A stretch of 64,000 nt of DNA, taken from a gamma proteobacterium SCGC AAA076-P13 (GTDB lineage: Bacteria; Pseudomonadota; Gammaproteobacteria; Magnimaribacterales; D2472). Position numbers and translations under genes: made by a program. The number at the start of each line of letters is the position of its first letter. Position 1 is the first letter of the stretch. Where the stretch lies: contig ARRA01000002.1 in NCBI GenBank assembly GCA_000384935.1, positions 70,162-134,161 of the forward strand, read 5' to 3'. Below the pieces are notes generated by a model. It made no database searches. It was not told the DNA's origin and saw only the letters and a list, made by a program, of their open reading frames with translations. Below, one piece after another: positions 25,156 through 34,507 of this stretch.

Positions 25156-26964
25156 TTAAAAAGGTACTGATCCATTTGCTATGTCTTGATAAGTTTCATT
25201 ATCAAGCTCAACATATGAATTTGTCCCCGGCTTTTTAATAAAAACTTGGTCATTATTTACCTTATCAAGATGATATGCCTCATCCCTTAGCTCATTCTTC
25301 TTAAGCTTGAAAGTTCCTGTTGTCTCAAGCTCTTTAATAATTCTGACGAATACAGGTCTTGCATAACTAGGCAGGGCATCACTCATATATTCTGCAAAAT
25401 TATCCCAATTAAACTCATTTAAATCACAATTAAAAGCAACCATCCCAGCTCTGCCTTCGGCGTTAGGAATCTGCACTCCATAAACATTAGCCATATTTAC
25501 CTGGCTATATTGATTTATTATTTCTGCCACCTCATTGGTAGATACATTTTCAGATTTCCATCTAAAGGTATCTCCTATTCTGTCAACAAATTGGTAATGT
25601 TTTTGACCAACAGAAAATCCAACATCCATAGTTTTAATTAAATCACCACTATTAAACCAAGCATCACCTTCTTCCAATACATTCCTTAAAATTTTCTTTT
25701 CAGATTCTTTCTTGTCTGTATAGCCATTGTATGGCGAATCTGGTGATATTTTTACAGCAAGCAATCCTGGCATTTCATCTTCAGCTTCTATACATAAACC
25801 GTCATCATTTTTAATTAATTCATCACTAGCAACATCATATTTGAGTAAAACTACCGTTGCATTAGTCATCCCAATCGTTTTATCTTTATTTAAACCATTC
25901 ATAAACATGCAAGCACCCTCACTGGCTCCGTATATTTCGCATATTCTTTCGACCCCAAATCTATCTCTAAAACAGTCCCATAGGTCTGGTCTTAATCCAT
26001 TCCCAACCATTGCCCTTATAGGATTATTTTTTTCATCCTCGCATGGCTCTTGAAAACTTAAGTATCTACAAAGCTCACCTACATATATAAATGTTGTAGT
26101 TTGATATCTTTGTGCTTCTTGCCAAAACAATGATGCAGAGAATTTTCGTCTAACAAATACAGAAGCCCCTGAGCTAACCACCGCAGCAAGACCAAGCATT
26201 AAACCAGTTGAATGATAGAGTGGAAGGCAATTATAAAGACGGTCTTCAGAAGTCATTCTGTAGCCTGTATTGCTGATATTAAATGATGCAGCAACAATTT
26301 TTGCATTAGGGAAAATAGCAGCTTTCGGAACACCGGTTGTGCCGGAAGTGAAAATATAAAAAGCTGTATCCTTTGCAGTAACATTTTTAGTCTCAACTAG
26401 ATTTTCATTTTTAGAGTAATCCAAACTACTCCTTAGATTTGTTGCCCATTCTGGGGTCTGGATTGTTTTGGAATCTTCAACCCAATAAATATCACCCTTA
26501 TCTGTAATATTAATATCACTTAAGACATCAGATAATTCTTGAGTAAGCTCTTCGCCAACAATACATTTTTTTGAATCTGAGCTGTTTATGCAATGTATTA
26601 AAGGTGCGCCAGTAAGACTGTTATTTATTAAAACCCCTATAGCACCAATTTTATTTAAAGCTAACAAGGAAATAACATAATCAGTTCTATTTTGCATAAA
26701 TAAAACAACACGATCTTGATGCTGGACACCCTCGCTAGAAAGAAAATTTGCTAAAACGTTAGCTGACTTATTTGCTTCATCATAAGACAATTCATCTTCT
26801 TCAAAAATAAGAAAATTTTTGTCTGAATATTTTGCAACACTCTTTTCAAAACTATGAGCTAAAGAAGCAGCCTCATCAGGAAGAGGAAATTTATACCTGA
26901 GAACTGGAATAATTTGTTTAAATTCACCAAGGACCCTAAAAAACTCTTTCACTTTACCTAACAT
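25156..26964 (-). CDS. long-chain acyl-CoA synthetase, FATP/very-long-chain type
   Basis: AMP-binding motif YIFTSGTTGVPKAA; GDTFRWKSENVST typical of the FATP family. Confidence 0.85.
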   Translation of the reverse strand: MLGKVKEFFRVLGEFKQIIPVLRYKFPLPDEAASLAHSFEKSVAKYSDKNFLIFEEDELSYDEANKSANVLANFLSSEGVQHQDRVVLFMQNRTDYVISLLALNKIGAIGVLINNSLTGAPLIHCINSSDSKKCIVGEELTQELSDVLSDINITDKGDIYWVEDSKTIQTPEWATNLRSSLDYSKNENLVETKNVTAKDTAFYIFTSGTTGVPKAAIFPNAKIVAASFNISNTGYRMTSEDRLYNCLPLYHSTGLMLGLAAVVSSGASVFVRRKFSASLFWQEAQRYQTTTFIYVGELCRYLSFQEPCEDEKNNPIRAMVGNGLRPDLWDCFRDRFGVERICEIYGASEGACMFMNGLNKDKTIGMTNATVVLLKYDVASDELIKNDDGLCIEAEDEMPGLLAVKISPDSPYNGYTDKKESEKKILRNVLEEGDAWFNSGDLIKTMDVGFSVGQKHYQFVDRIGDTFRWKSENVSTNEVAEIINQYSQVNMANVYGVQIPNAEGRAGMVAFNCDLNEFNWDNFAEYMSDALPSYARPVFVRIIKELETTGTFKLKKNELRDEAYHLDKVNNDQVFIKKPGTNSYVELDNETYQDIANGSVPF

Positions 26965-27071
26965 TTGATTTCCCCCTAATAGAAATTAAATTAATGTTAC
27001 TCTAATTATATCATCATGCATATTGTGTGTATTTGCTCGAAATATAAATTTATTTGTGCGAAAATGCATAA

Positions 27072-27947
27072 ATGGATTGGAGTAACTTAGAGTATTTTTT
27101 ATCAGTGGCCAGAGAAGGCTCCCTCTCAAAAGCAGCATTTAAACTAGATGTCAATCACTCAACTGTTGCGAGAAGGCTTGATAAACTTGAATTAGATCTT
27201 AACGTAAAACTATTTAATAGACACAATAAAGGTTATGAGTTGACAAATCATGGACTGGCATTGCAACAAGAAGCTACAGTCGTTGAAAATCAGGTATTCC
27301 AAATACAAAGAGTTTTCCAATCTAAAGAAGCTGAGCTATCTGGAACGTTGACTATTACTAAACCCAGTAATGGGGGAGTGAGCATGACAGATCTATTTTG
27401 TGATTTTAAAGCTCAGTATCCAGATATTGATATATTTATTAAATCTGCTTCTGCACATTCAGACCTTTCATCACAAGAAGCTGACTTATCAATTCAATTG
27501 ACCAATCAACCACCCGACAATCTTGTTGGAAAAAAAATTGGTAGATTACCAATTAATATATATGGATCCCATGAATACTTTAAAAATTTAAACAGTATGG
27601 ATGTGGATGAATTAGAGTGGATTATTTGGGTTGATGAAAGTCATACTTTGGATATGGAATCCTTCATAAGAAAAAATATAAGTGAGCCGAAAATAATTTT
27701 TAAAACCAATGTCTATAATGAAGTTTTCGATTACATGTCTGCTGGAGTAGGCGTTAGTTTAATATCTTCTTTTGGCTTGCCGCCAGTGCATAACTTAAAA
27801 AGATTTATGCCAGATAAATATATATTTGAGCAAGATTTATGGTTGCTGTATCATCCTGATGTAAGAGGCAACGCCAAAATAAATGTATTTAAAAAATTTC
27901 TAATTAATAACTTAGATAGATACACGAATATAGCAGGCATTAATTAA
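27072..27947 (+). CDS. LysR-family transcriptional regulator
   Basis: N-terminal HTH GSLSKAAFKLDVNHSTVARRL. Divergent from the acyl-CoA synthetase gene. Confidence 0.9.
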   Translation: MDWSNLEYFLSVAREGSLSKAAFKLDVNHSTVARRLDKLELDLNVKLFNRHNKGYELTNHGLALQQEATVVENQVFQIQRVFQSKEAELSGTLTITKPSNGGVSMTDLFCDFKAQYPDIDIFIKSASAHSDLSSQEADLSIQLTNQPPDNLVGKKIGRLPINIYGSHEYFKNLNSMDVDELEWIIWVDESHTLDMESFIRKNISEPKIIFKTNVYNEVFDYMSAGVGVSLISSFGLPPVHNLKRFMPDKYIFEQDLWLLYHPDVRGNAKINVFKKFLINNLDRYTNIAGIN

Positions 27948-27965
27948 TTAACTAAGGAAAAATTT

Positions 27966-29141
27966 ATGAACGATTCAAAAAAATTTGATTTTATAGTCTA
28001 TGGAGCATCTGGTTTTACTGGAAAGCTAGTTGTTGAATATATAGTTTCTCAATATGGAAGCGATGAAAACATCTCCTGGGCACTTGCCGGAAGGAATATA
28101 GAAAAGCTTCAATCTGTAAAAGATGCTAAAGGTGTTGCAGATGAAGTTCCAATTATCAAAGTAGATAGTGATGATGTTGAAAGCGTGAATGCAATGGCTG
28201 CGCAGACAAAATGCGTTTTAACTACGACTGGTCCTTATCAGCTTTATGGAAATAATATTGTTGCAGCTTGTGCTGAACTTGGAACAGATTATGTAGATTT
28301 ATGTGGTGAGCCTGGCTGGATGCATGAAAAAATAAACCAACATGCTGCTCAAGCTAAAGAATCTGGATCTAGAATTGTTTTCTCATGTGGGTTTGATAGT
28401 ATTCCCTTTGATTTAGGCGTTCTTTTTGTTCAAAATAAAGCAATTGAAACACATGGAAAGCCAGCTTCAAATGTTCGTGGAAGAGTAAGAGGTATGAATG
28501 GAGAGTTTTCTGGTGGTACTGCTGCATCTTTTGGGGCAACAATGGCATCACTTAGAACCAAGCCTGAGTTATTCGAAATTCTTGCAAACCCCTTTTCATT
28601 ATCAAATGGCCATGTTGGGCCTGAACAAGCTCAGGATTCAAAACCAGTCTATGATGATAAATTAGAGACCTGGGTTGCTCCATTCTTTATGGCACCAATC
28701 AATACTAAGAATGTACATAGATCTAATGCTTTAATGAGCCATGTTTATGGTGAAAATTTTTGTTACAACGAGATGTGGGTAACTGGGCCTGGAGATGAAG
28801 GCAAAGCAATTGCAGACGCCATTGTAAGCGCAAATCCACTTGGTGGCGATGATGCTCCAAAGCCGGGTGAAGGTCCTTCAAGAGAATCTAGGGAAAATGG
28901 CAATTACGATGTTTTATTCTGTGCGGATTGTGATAATGAAACTATACATGCCTCTGTAAAAGGGGATATGGATCCTGGATATGGATCTACTTCTAAAATG
29001 ATTACAGAAAGTGCTATTTGTTTAGTTAAAGAATGCAATGATCTAGAAGGTGGTATTTATACTCCTGCATCATCTATGGGCGAAAAACTTATTGATAGAC
29101 TTCAGAAAAATGCAGGTTTAACTTTTACTATTGAGTCTTAA
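27966..29141 (+). CDS. saccharopine dehydrogenase-like NAD(P)-binding oxidoreductase
   Basis: FIVYGASGFTGKLV Rossmann N-terminus; family architecture recalled from memory. Confidence 0.7.
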   Translation: MNDSKKFDFIVYGASGFTGKLVVEYIVSQYGSDENISWALAGRNIEKLQSVKDAKGVADEVPIIKVDSDDVESVNAMAAQTKCVLTTTGPYQLYGNNIVAACAELGTDYVDLCGEPGWMHEKINQHAAQAKESGSRIVFSCGFDSIPFDLGVLFVQNKAIETHGKPASNVRGRVRGMNGEFSGGTAASFGATMASLRTKPELFEILANPFSLSNGHVGPEQAQDSKPVYDDKLETWVAPFFMAPINTKNVHRSNALMSHVYGENFCYNEMWVTGPGDEGKAIADAIVSANPLGGDDAPKPGEGPSRESRENGNYDVLFCADCDNETIHASVKGDMDPGYGSTSKMITESAICLVKECNDLEGGIYTPASSMGEKLIDRLQKNAGLTFTIES

Positions 29142-29563
29142 TGGCACAACATCATATTCATAAATGGCACTCCCTGATCAAAGGGGAGTTTCCTGGTGGA
29201 TATGATGAATTACTTGCTGATGATGTAATTTTTTATTCTCCGGTGGTATTTACCCCTCAAAAGGGAAAAGACTTAGCGAAGCTGTATTTGATGGCTGCTG
29301 GAAATACATTTGGCGGAGATGATGCTAAAAGCTCACACAATCTTAACGAATCTAGCTTTAAATACACCAAAGAGGTTTTAGATGGCAATCAAGCAATACT
29401 TGAATTTGAAACAACCATTGATGGCAAGTACGTTAATGGGGTAGATATAGTTACTTTTAACGATGAGGGAAAAATATCAGAGTTCAAAGTAATGATTAGG
29501 CCATTACAAGCAGTAAATATAATTCATATGCAAATGCAGAATATGCTTGCAACCATGAAGTAA
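29141..29563 (+). CDS. SnoaL-like / NTF2-fold protein
   Basis: 140-aa protein with NTF2-like pattern. 1-nt overlap with the upstream gene. Confidence 0.55.
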   Translation: MAQHHIHKWHSLIKGEFPGGYDELLADDVIFYSPVVFTPQKGKDLAKLYLMAAGNTFGGDDAKSSHNLNESSFKYTKEVLDGNQAILEFETTIDGKYVNGVDIVTFNDEGKISEFKVMIRPLQAVNIIHMQMQNMLATMK

Positions 29564-29917
29564 ATGGCTGACTTAATTCTTTACCATAACCCAAGATGCA
29601 GTAAATCTAGAGAAGCTTTAAAGCTTTTAGAGGATAGCGATCAAGATTTCTCAACATTCTTATATTTAAATGAAGATTTAAATCATGTTGATCTTGCATC
29701 TCTCCTCGATAGGCTTGGGATTTCTGCGAGAGAATTATTAAGAAAAAATGAAGATGACTATAAATCTAATAATTTAAAGAATATCGAATTGGGAAATGCT
29801 GAGCTTATAGAATTTATGATTCAATTCCCAAAAATAATAGAGAGACCAATTTTAGATAATGGAATGAAAGCTGTTATTGGAAGACCACCAGAAAAAATAT
29901 TAGATTTATTAGTCTAG
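29564..29917 (+). CDS. arsC: arsenate reductase, glutaredoxin-coupled ArsC family
   Basis: YHNPRCSKSR catalytic Cys, plus Arg residues in LLRKN, IERPIL and IGRPPE matching the E. coli ArsC triad positions. Confidence 0.8.
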   Translation: MADLILYHNPRCSKSREALKLLEDSDQDFSTFLYLNEDLNHVDLASLLDRLGISARELLRKNEDDYKSNNLKNIELGNAELIEFMIQFPKIIERPILDNGMKAVIGRPPEKILDLLV

Positions 29918-30301
29918 ATCGCCTTTTTCTCTTAATTCCTTTCTAATTTTGGTTGCACTTATAGAGTGAACTGCTTCATCAAAAACCTCTTGTTCAAAAA
30001 CGTAACCAACGCCTCTGCCATATGAAATATTAACGATATTGGGTACCAGCATAATTTCATACTGATTACCTCTATGAAAATTATCTTTAGCAAGTCCTTC
30101 CTCAATATTTTTACAAACTAAGTCCCAATCAAAAGGATTATCATCTTGACCCATGCCACCAGAAGCACCTTGCACATCTCTTACCTGAATAATTACTTGC
30201 CCAGTTTTCGCAACGCATCTTTTAAAGAGCTCTTGATGACCTTGGTGCCATGGCTGCCATCTTCCAAGCATCTGAACTGTTGGCTTTTTCCAATCAAACA
30301 T
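29909..30301 (-). CDS. small HxGH nucleotidyltransferase (cytidylyltransferase / NMNAT-like fold)
   Basis: GRWQPWHQGH (HxGH) near the N-terminus and SISATKIR (ISxTxIR) near the C-terminus. 130 aa. 8-nt overlap with the upstream kinase gene. Confidence 0.7.
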   Translation of the reverse strand: MFDWKKPTVQMLGRWQPWHQGHQELFKRCVAKTGQVIIQVRDVQGASGGMGQDDNPFDWDLVCKNIEEGLAKDNFHRGNQYEIMLVPNIVNISYGRGVGYVFEQEVFDEAVHSISATKIRKELREKGDLD

Positions 30302-30701
30302 TTTTAAGCTCCTTGGCTATATTGATATGATTTTCATCATTCATTTCAGTTATATGAAAATCTGCCCTTGATGGTTTTTCAAACATTTTATTTGTATCCT
30401 CAAACCTTCCTTCTTTGATTGTGTCCATCCAAATAATTACATCAGGGTCAAAATTCTCTTGAGTATTTTTTGTAGGACATACAAAATCACAAATAACGAT
30501 TCTACCGTGACTTTTCTCATAATCAGCAAATGTTCTCATTCTCATGCTTTGTCTCAATCTACCTTCGGGAGAAAAATCCCAATCATTAGCCATCTCCCTG
30601 ACTTTATCAGCGTTATACCAGGCTGATTCAAGCAAAGGCTGCAATCTTTCAGCTAAATATGTTTTTCCACTTCCAGGTAGACCCATTATTAATATTTTCA
30701 T
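30294..30701 (-). CDS. P-loop kinase, adenylylsulfate-kinase-like fold
   Basis: Walker A GLPGSGKTYLAERL; DWDFSPEGRLRQSMRM resembles the APS-kinase LGFSxxDRxENIRR segment. 135 aa. TAATG overlap with the methyltransferase gene. Confidence 0.65.
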   Translation of the reverse strand: MKILIMGLPGSGKTYLAERLQPLLESAWYNADKVREMANDWDFSPEGRLRQSMRMRTFADYEKSHGRIVICDFVCPTKNTQENFDPDVIIWMDTIKEGRFEDTNKMFEKPSRADFHITEMNDENHINIAKELKNV

Positions 30702-31798
30702 TATCTAATTTTTTTTATTGCAAAGAGCTCATTTTTAAAAAAAACTCTTTCTTCTTTAATAATTACATTTTTTACTCTTTTCAGAGCAGATGCATTTTTT
30801 TCAAGAGCTATTATATCTTTTTCTGGGATTTGGCCAACATATAAAATATTTGCCCATTTAGCATCTAGACCATGCCCAAATAACTCTGAAACAGTCTGAT
30901 CTGGAGTTCTTTTGAATTTAAAACTATAAGGTTTGGGTTTTGAATAAGTGAATCTAGTGTTCTCTCCAACAGGGTTATTCTTTAAATATTCAATAATGTC
31001 CTTACCTTTTACTGGAAATGGATCTTTGTCTTTCCAGGCTTCTTTAAGAATTTTTTCAACAGAATCATCTCCACACGAATGCGTAACAAGCAACTTACCT
31101 GACACATTTAATAATCGCATTAATGGAGCAATAACGTTAGAAACCTTTGTGATGGTAGTTGATATCGCCCTATATGCTTGAGAAGCAATAATTAAGTCAT
31201 AATTGTTATTCTCATAATCATTTTCAATAAATGGCTCAAGATATCTTTTATGATCTTCTCTATAAATTCGTATTAAGCAGGGGTGAGAGTAGGAAGTTCT
31301 ATCTTTTGAATCGATTTCTATTCCCCAATATTTTTTTATAAAATTTCCCATTCCATTAATCTGTTCATTAAAATCAAATGAATTGTCTGCTTTTAATACT
31401 AATGTTAGTTTTTTGACGCTTTTATCTTTTATTTTTTTTGCACTCTCAATTTGTCCAAGCTCTGCAAATTTAACATTTGTCATTGTTACCATTAGATTTG
31501 GATGTTCTACAAATCTATCAGGCATTTTGTCTAATGTATTTTTAAGATCTTCGTAGCTAATTTCTTTGCCTGTAATTAAAAGTGAAGTGTATGGGTGATA
31601 TTTATGAAAACTTTTTATTACATTAGATTTAACAGTCCCATCACCAGTACCTGCATCAAGAATTCTTAGATAGGTTTTATTTTTTGGTAAAGATTTGATA
31701 TGAGGAAAAATTTCAGATGAGATAGCTCTTTTTTCACCTGTATTTTGAATAAATGATAAGTACTTTAGCCTATCATCAAAAAACCTTTTTTTCCCCAT
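30701..31798 (-). CDS. class I SAM-dependent methyltransferase-like protein with large unassigned C-terminal region
   Basis: Motif I LRILDAGTGDGT. AAGGAG SD 7 nt upstream of the ATG. Remainder unassigned. Confidence 0.6.
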   Translation of the reverse strand: MGKKRFFDDRLKYLSFIQNTGEKRAISSEIFPHIKSLPKNKTYLRILDAGTGDGTVKSNVIKSFHKYHPYTSLLITGKEISYEDLKNTLDKMPDRFVEHPNLMVTMTNVKFAELGQIESAKKIKDKSVKKLTLVLKADNSFDFNEQINGMGNFIKKYWGIEIDSKDRTSYSHPCLIRIYREDHKRYLEPFIENDYENNNYDLIIASQAYRAISTTITKVSNVIAPLMRLLNVSGKLLVTHSCGDDSVEKILKEAWKDKDPFPVKGKDIIEYLKNNPVGENTRFTYSKPKPYSFKFKRTPDQTVSELFGHGLDAKWANILYVGQIPEKDIIALEKNASALKRVKNVIIKEERVFFKNELFAIKKIR

Positions 31799-31913
31799 AG
31801 AAATGCTCCTTTAATAATCATATATGAAATTGCAAATTCCTCAATAATCGATTTACTCTTGTATTATTTTGGTATTAAAATAATCTAAATAAGTTTTTTG
31901 GGGGGAGAACTAG

Positions 31914-33065
31914 ATGGCGTCGAAATTACCTTTATTAATTGGAATAGGCTCAAGAGTTAGAAAATCACCATATTTTGATTCAACCATCAAATATGGAGTA
32001 ACTGGCTTTACTGTCTATAACAAAATGTACTTACCTACTGGTTTTACAAGCCCTGAAAAAGAATATAACAGCTTGATAAGTGATGTTACTTTTGGTGATT
32101 TTGCAGCAGAAAGGCAAGTTGAAGTTAGTGGGCCAGATGCATTTAATTTTATAAAGTATATTAATCCAAGAAACCTATCAAAGTGTCATATTGGGGATTG
32201 TAAATACATTATTTTGACTGATTCTGATGGCGGAATTGTAAATGATGCTTGTTTGATAAGACTTGAAGAAGATAAGTTCTGGGTATCACCTGGTGATGGT
32301 GATGTTTTATTATGGTTACAAGGCGTTGCCATGAACTCAGGTATGAATGTATCAATTTGCGAGCCTGATGTTTCACCTCTTCAGGTTAGCGGACCCAAAG
32401 CAGGGAGATTAATTCAAAAGTTATTTAATGGAAGGCATGATGATCTTGGTTACTATAAAGCTGCCCAAACATCATTAGAAAATATTCCTATGGTTATTGC
32501 TAGAACTGGGTGGAGTGGGGAACTTAGTTATGAGCTTTATCTTCAAGATAGAAAATTGGGCAATAATTTGTTTGAATTAGTTTATGAGGCTGCAAAAGAA
32601 TTCAATGGCGCTGTGATAGCTCCAAATACCATAAGGACCATTGAAGGCGGGCTATTGTCTTATGGTTCTGATTTTGGAAGAGAGCATAATCCTTATACTA
32701 TTGGTCTAGATAGATTGGTAGATATAGATCAGGATATAGATTTTATTGGCAAAGAAGCTCTAAAAAAAATTAAAGAAACTGGAGCTGTAAGTAAATTAAT
32801 TGGTGTAGAAATGGATGGAGCTCCAATAGATAAAGTGCCGGAAAATTTTTGGCCTGTCTTCGACAAAAATGGCAATAAAGTCGGGAGACTTTCAAGATGT
32901 TTCTATTCACCTCGTCTTAAAAAAAATATTGGTCTTGCAATTGTAGATTCCAGTGCCACAGATGAGGGCAATCAAGTTATAGTTGAGTCACCTCAAATTA
33001 AATATAATGCAATAGTGGCTAAATTACCTTGGTTTCCAGCTGAAAAAGATACAAACTTAATCTAA
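31914..33065 (+). CDS. dmdA: GcvT-family aminomethyltransferase, DmdA-like (candidate DMSP demethylase)
   Basis: SRVRKSPYFDSTIKYGVTGFTVYNKMYLPTGF, ERQVEVSGPDAF and EPDVSPLQVSGPKA match my recollection of DmdA rather than canonical GcvT. Strong SD GGGGGGAG. Confidence 0.6.
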   Translation: MASKLPLLIGIGSRVRKSPYFDSTIKYGVTGFTVYNKMYLPTGFTSPEKEYNSLISDVTFGDFAAERQVEVSGPDAFNFIKYINPRNLSKCHIGDCKYIILTDSDGGIVNDACLIRLEEDKFWVSPGDGDVLLWLQGVAMNSGMNVSICEPDVSPLQVSGPKAGRLIQKLFNGRHDDLGYYKAAQTSLENIPMVIARTGWSGELSYELYLQDRKLGNNLFELVYEAAKEFNGAVIAPNTIRTIEGGLLSYGSDFGREHNPYTIGLDRLVDIDQDIDFIGKEALKKIKETGAVSKLIGVEMDGAPIDKVPENFWPVFDKNGNKVGRLSRCFYSPRLKKNIGLAIVDSSATDEGNQVIVESPQIKYNAIVAKLPWFPAEKDTNLI

Positions 33066-33592
33066 TGCTAATAAAACTTAAAATATATTTCCTAATTTTT
33101 TTTTCTTTAGGCGCCTCCTCAATGGTTATTGATAATCTAGGGGATACGAGAGCTCAATGGGATGCCATATCTGATAATGTAATGGGCGGGATCTCTGAAG
33201 TTAACTTTTATGAACTTGATGATGGGGCTAATAAATTCTACAGGCTTGAAGGGCCTGTTAGTACTGCAAATAATGGTGGATTTATTCAGGCCAGAACCAG
33301 AGTAAATTTTAAAGCAAACCAATACAAAGGCATCAGAATAAAAATAAGAGGTAATGAGAATGAATATTATATTCATCTAAGAACTCCAAGAACGATGCCA
33401 TGGAATTATTTTTCTGCCAAATTTTATGCAACAGAAGATTGGCAAATTATAGATTTACCACTAAGTGCATTCAGCTACTCCAGAAATCCTAACAAAGGGT
33501 TAGATACTTCAAGAATAAGAGCTCTAGGAATTGTAGCTTATGGCAAAGACTTTGATGCAAGACTAGATATTGCAAATATAGAATTTTATTAA
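33065..33592 (+). CDS. CIA30-domain protein with signal peptide
   Basis: DNVMGGISE ... GGFIQARTRV pattern of the CIA30 family. N-terminal hydrophobic leader. TAATG overlap with the dmdA-like gene. Confidence 0.65.
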   Translation: MLIKLKIYFLIFFSLGASSMVIDNLGDTRAQWDAISDNVMGGISEVNFYELDDGANKFYRLEGPVSTANNGGFIQARTRVNFKANQYKGIRIKIRGNENEYYIHLRTPRTMPWNYFSAKFYATEDWQIIDLPLSAFSYSRNPNKGLDTSRIRALGIVAYGKDFDARLDIANIEFY

Positions 33593-33601
33593 AAAATTTA
33601 T

Positions 33602-34063
33602 ATGTTTTCTGATCAAGATAAGTCTTTCATGAGACTTGCATTAGAAGAGGCCAACAAGTCCCTTATTATCAATGAAGTGCCTGTGGGATCAGTAGTAGTT
33701 ATGGATAATGAAGTTGTAGGATCTGGCCACAATGCTGTTATAAGTAATAATGATATTTCCTCTCATGCTGAGATTATCGCGATCAGAAACGCATCTAAAA
33801 ATTTAAATAACTATAGATTAAATCAAGCAATAATCTATACCACTCTTGAGCCTTGTCATATGTGTGCAAAAGCAATTGTTGATGCGCGAATAGATAAAAT
33901 TATTTTTGCTACTCCTGAGCCAAAAACAGGAAGCTTGATATCAATAGACAATATTCTAGATAGGTTAGACTTCAATCATAAAGTGTCTTACCAACATGGT
34001 TTATTTGCTGATGAGAGCTCAATGCTTCTTAAAAATTTTTTCAAACAAAGAAGAAAGAATTAA
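33602..34063 (+). CDS. tadA: tRNA adenosine(34) deaminase
   Basis: HAEIIAIR and PCHMCAKA zinc motifs. Confidence 0.9.
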   Translation: MFSDQDKSFMRLALEEANKSLIINEVPVGSVVVMDNEVVGSGHNAVISNNDISSHAEIIAIRNASKNLNNYRLNQAIIYTTLEPCHMCAKAIVDARIDKIIFATPEPKTGSLISIDNILDRLDFNHKVSYQHGLFADESSMLLKNFFKQRRKN

Positions 34064-34500
34064 TAGATTAATTTTTCCATAGAGCTGTGAGGTATTTTAA
34101 TATCTGACTCATATGGCCCTGTCTCTATGTAACCCAGTGATTCATAAAATTTTATAGCTTCAGCTCTTGCATTAAGAACAATTTTTTTTGCACCCTTAAC
34201 TCTTCCAACACCCTCAAGTCTACAAATCATTTTTGACCCGAGTCCTGTCCTTCTGTGATTTAAACTTACGCCCATATACCTTATTTGGGCTTCATTGGAA
34301 GTGTTCATATGAATACGACCGCATGCTATAACCCTATCTTTGTTATCAACAGCCATCAAGTGAGTGCTGATATCTTCTAAATCATCTTTGAGTGGGATAT
34401 GGGATAGTTTGAGGGGTTTTCTTAAAATATTCCATCTGAAGTCATCATACTTTGACCATTCGTTGGGTGTTTTTGGAGATCTAATAAGTACATCATCCAT
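34060..34500 (-). CDS. GNAT-family N-acetyltransferase
   Basis: HRRTGLGSKM acetyl-CoA-binding motif. Confidence 0.8.
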   Translation of the reverse strand: MDDVLIRSPKTPNEWSKYDDFRWNILRKPLKLSHIPLKDDLEDISTHLMAVDNKDRVIACGRIHMNTSNEAQIRYMGVSLNHRRTGLGSKMICRLEGVGRVKGAKKIVLNARAEAIKFYESLGYIETGPYESDIKIPHSSMEKLIY

Positions 34501-34507
34501 AGATTTT

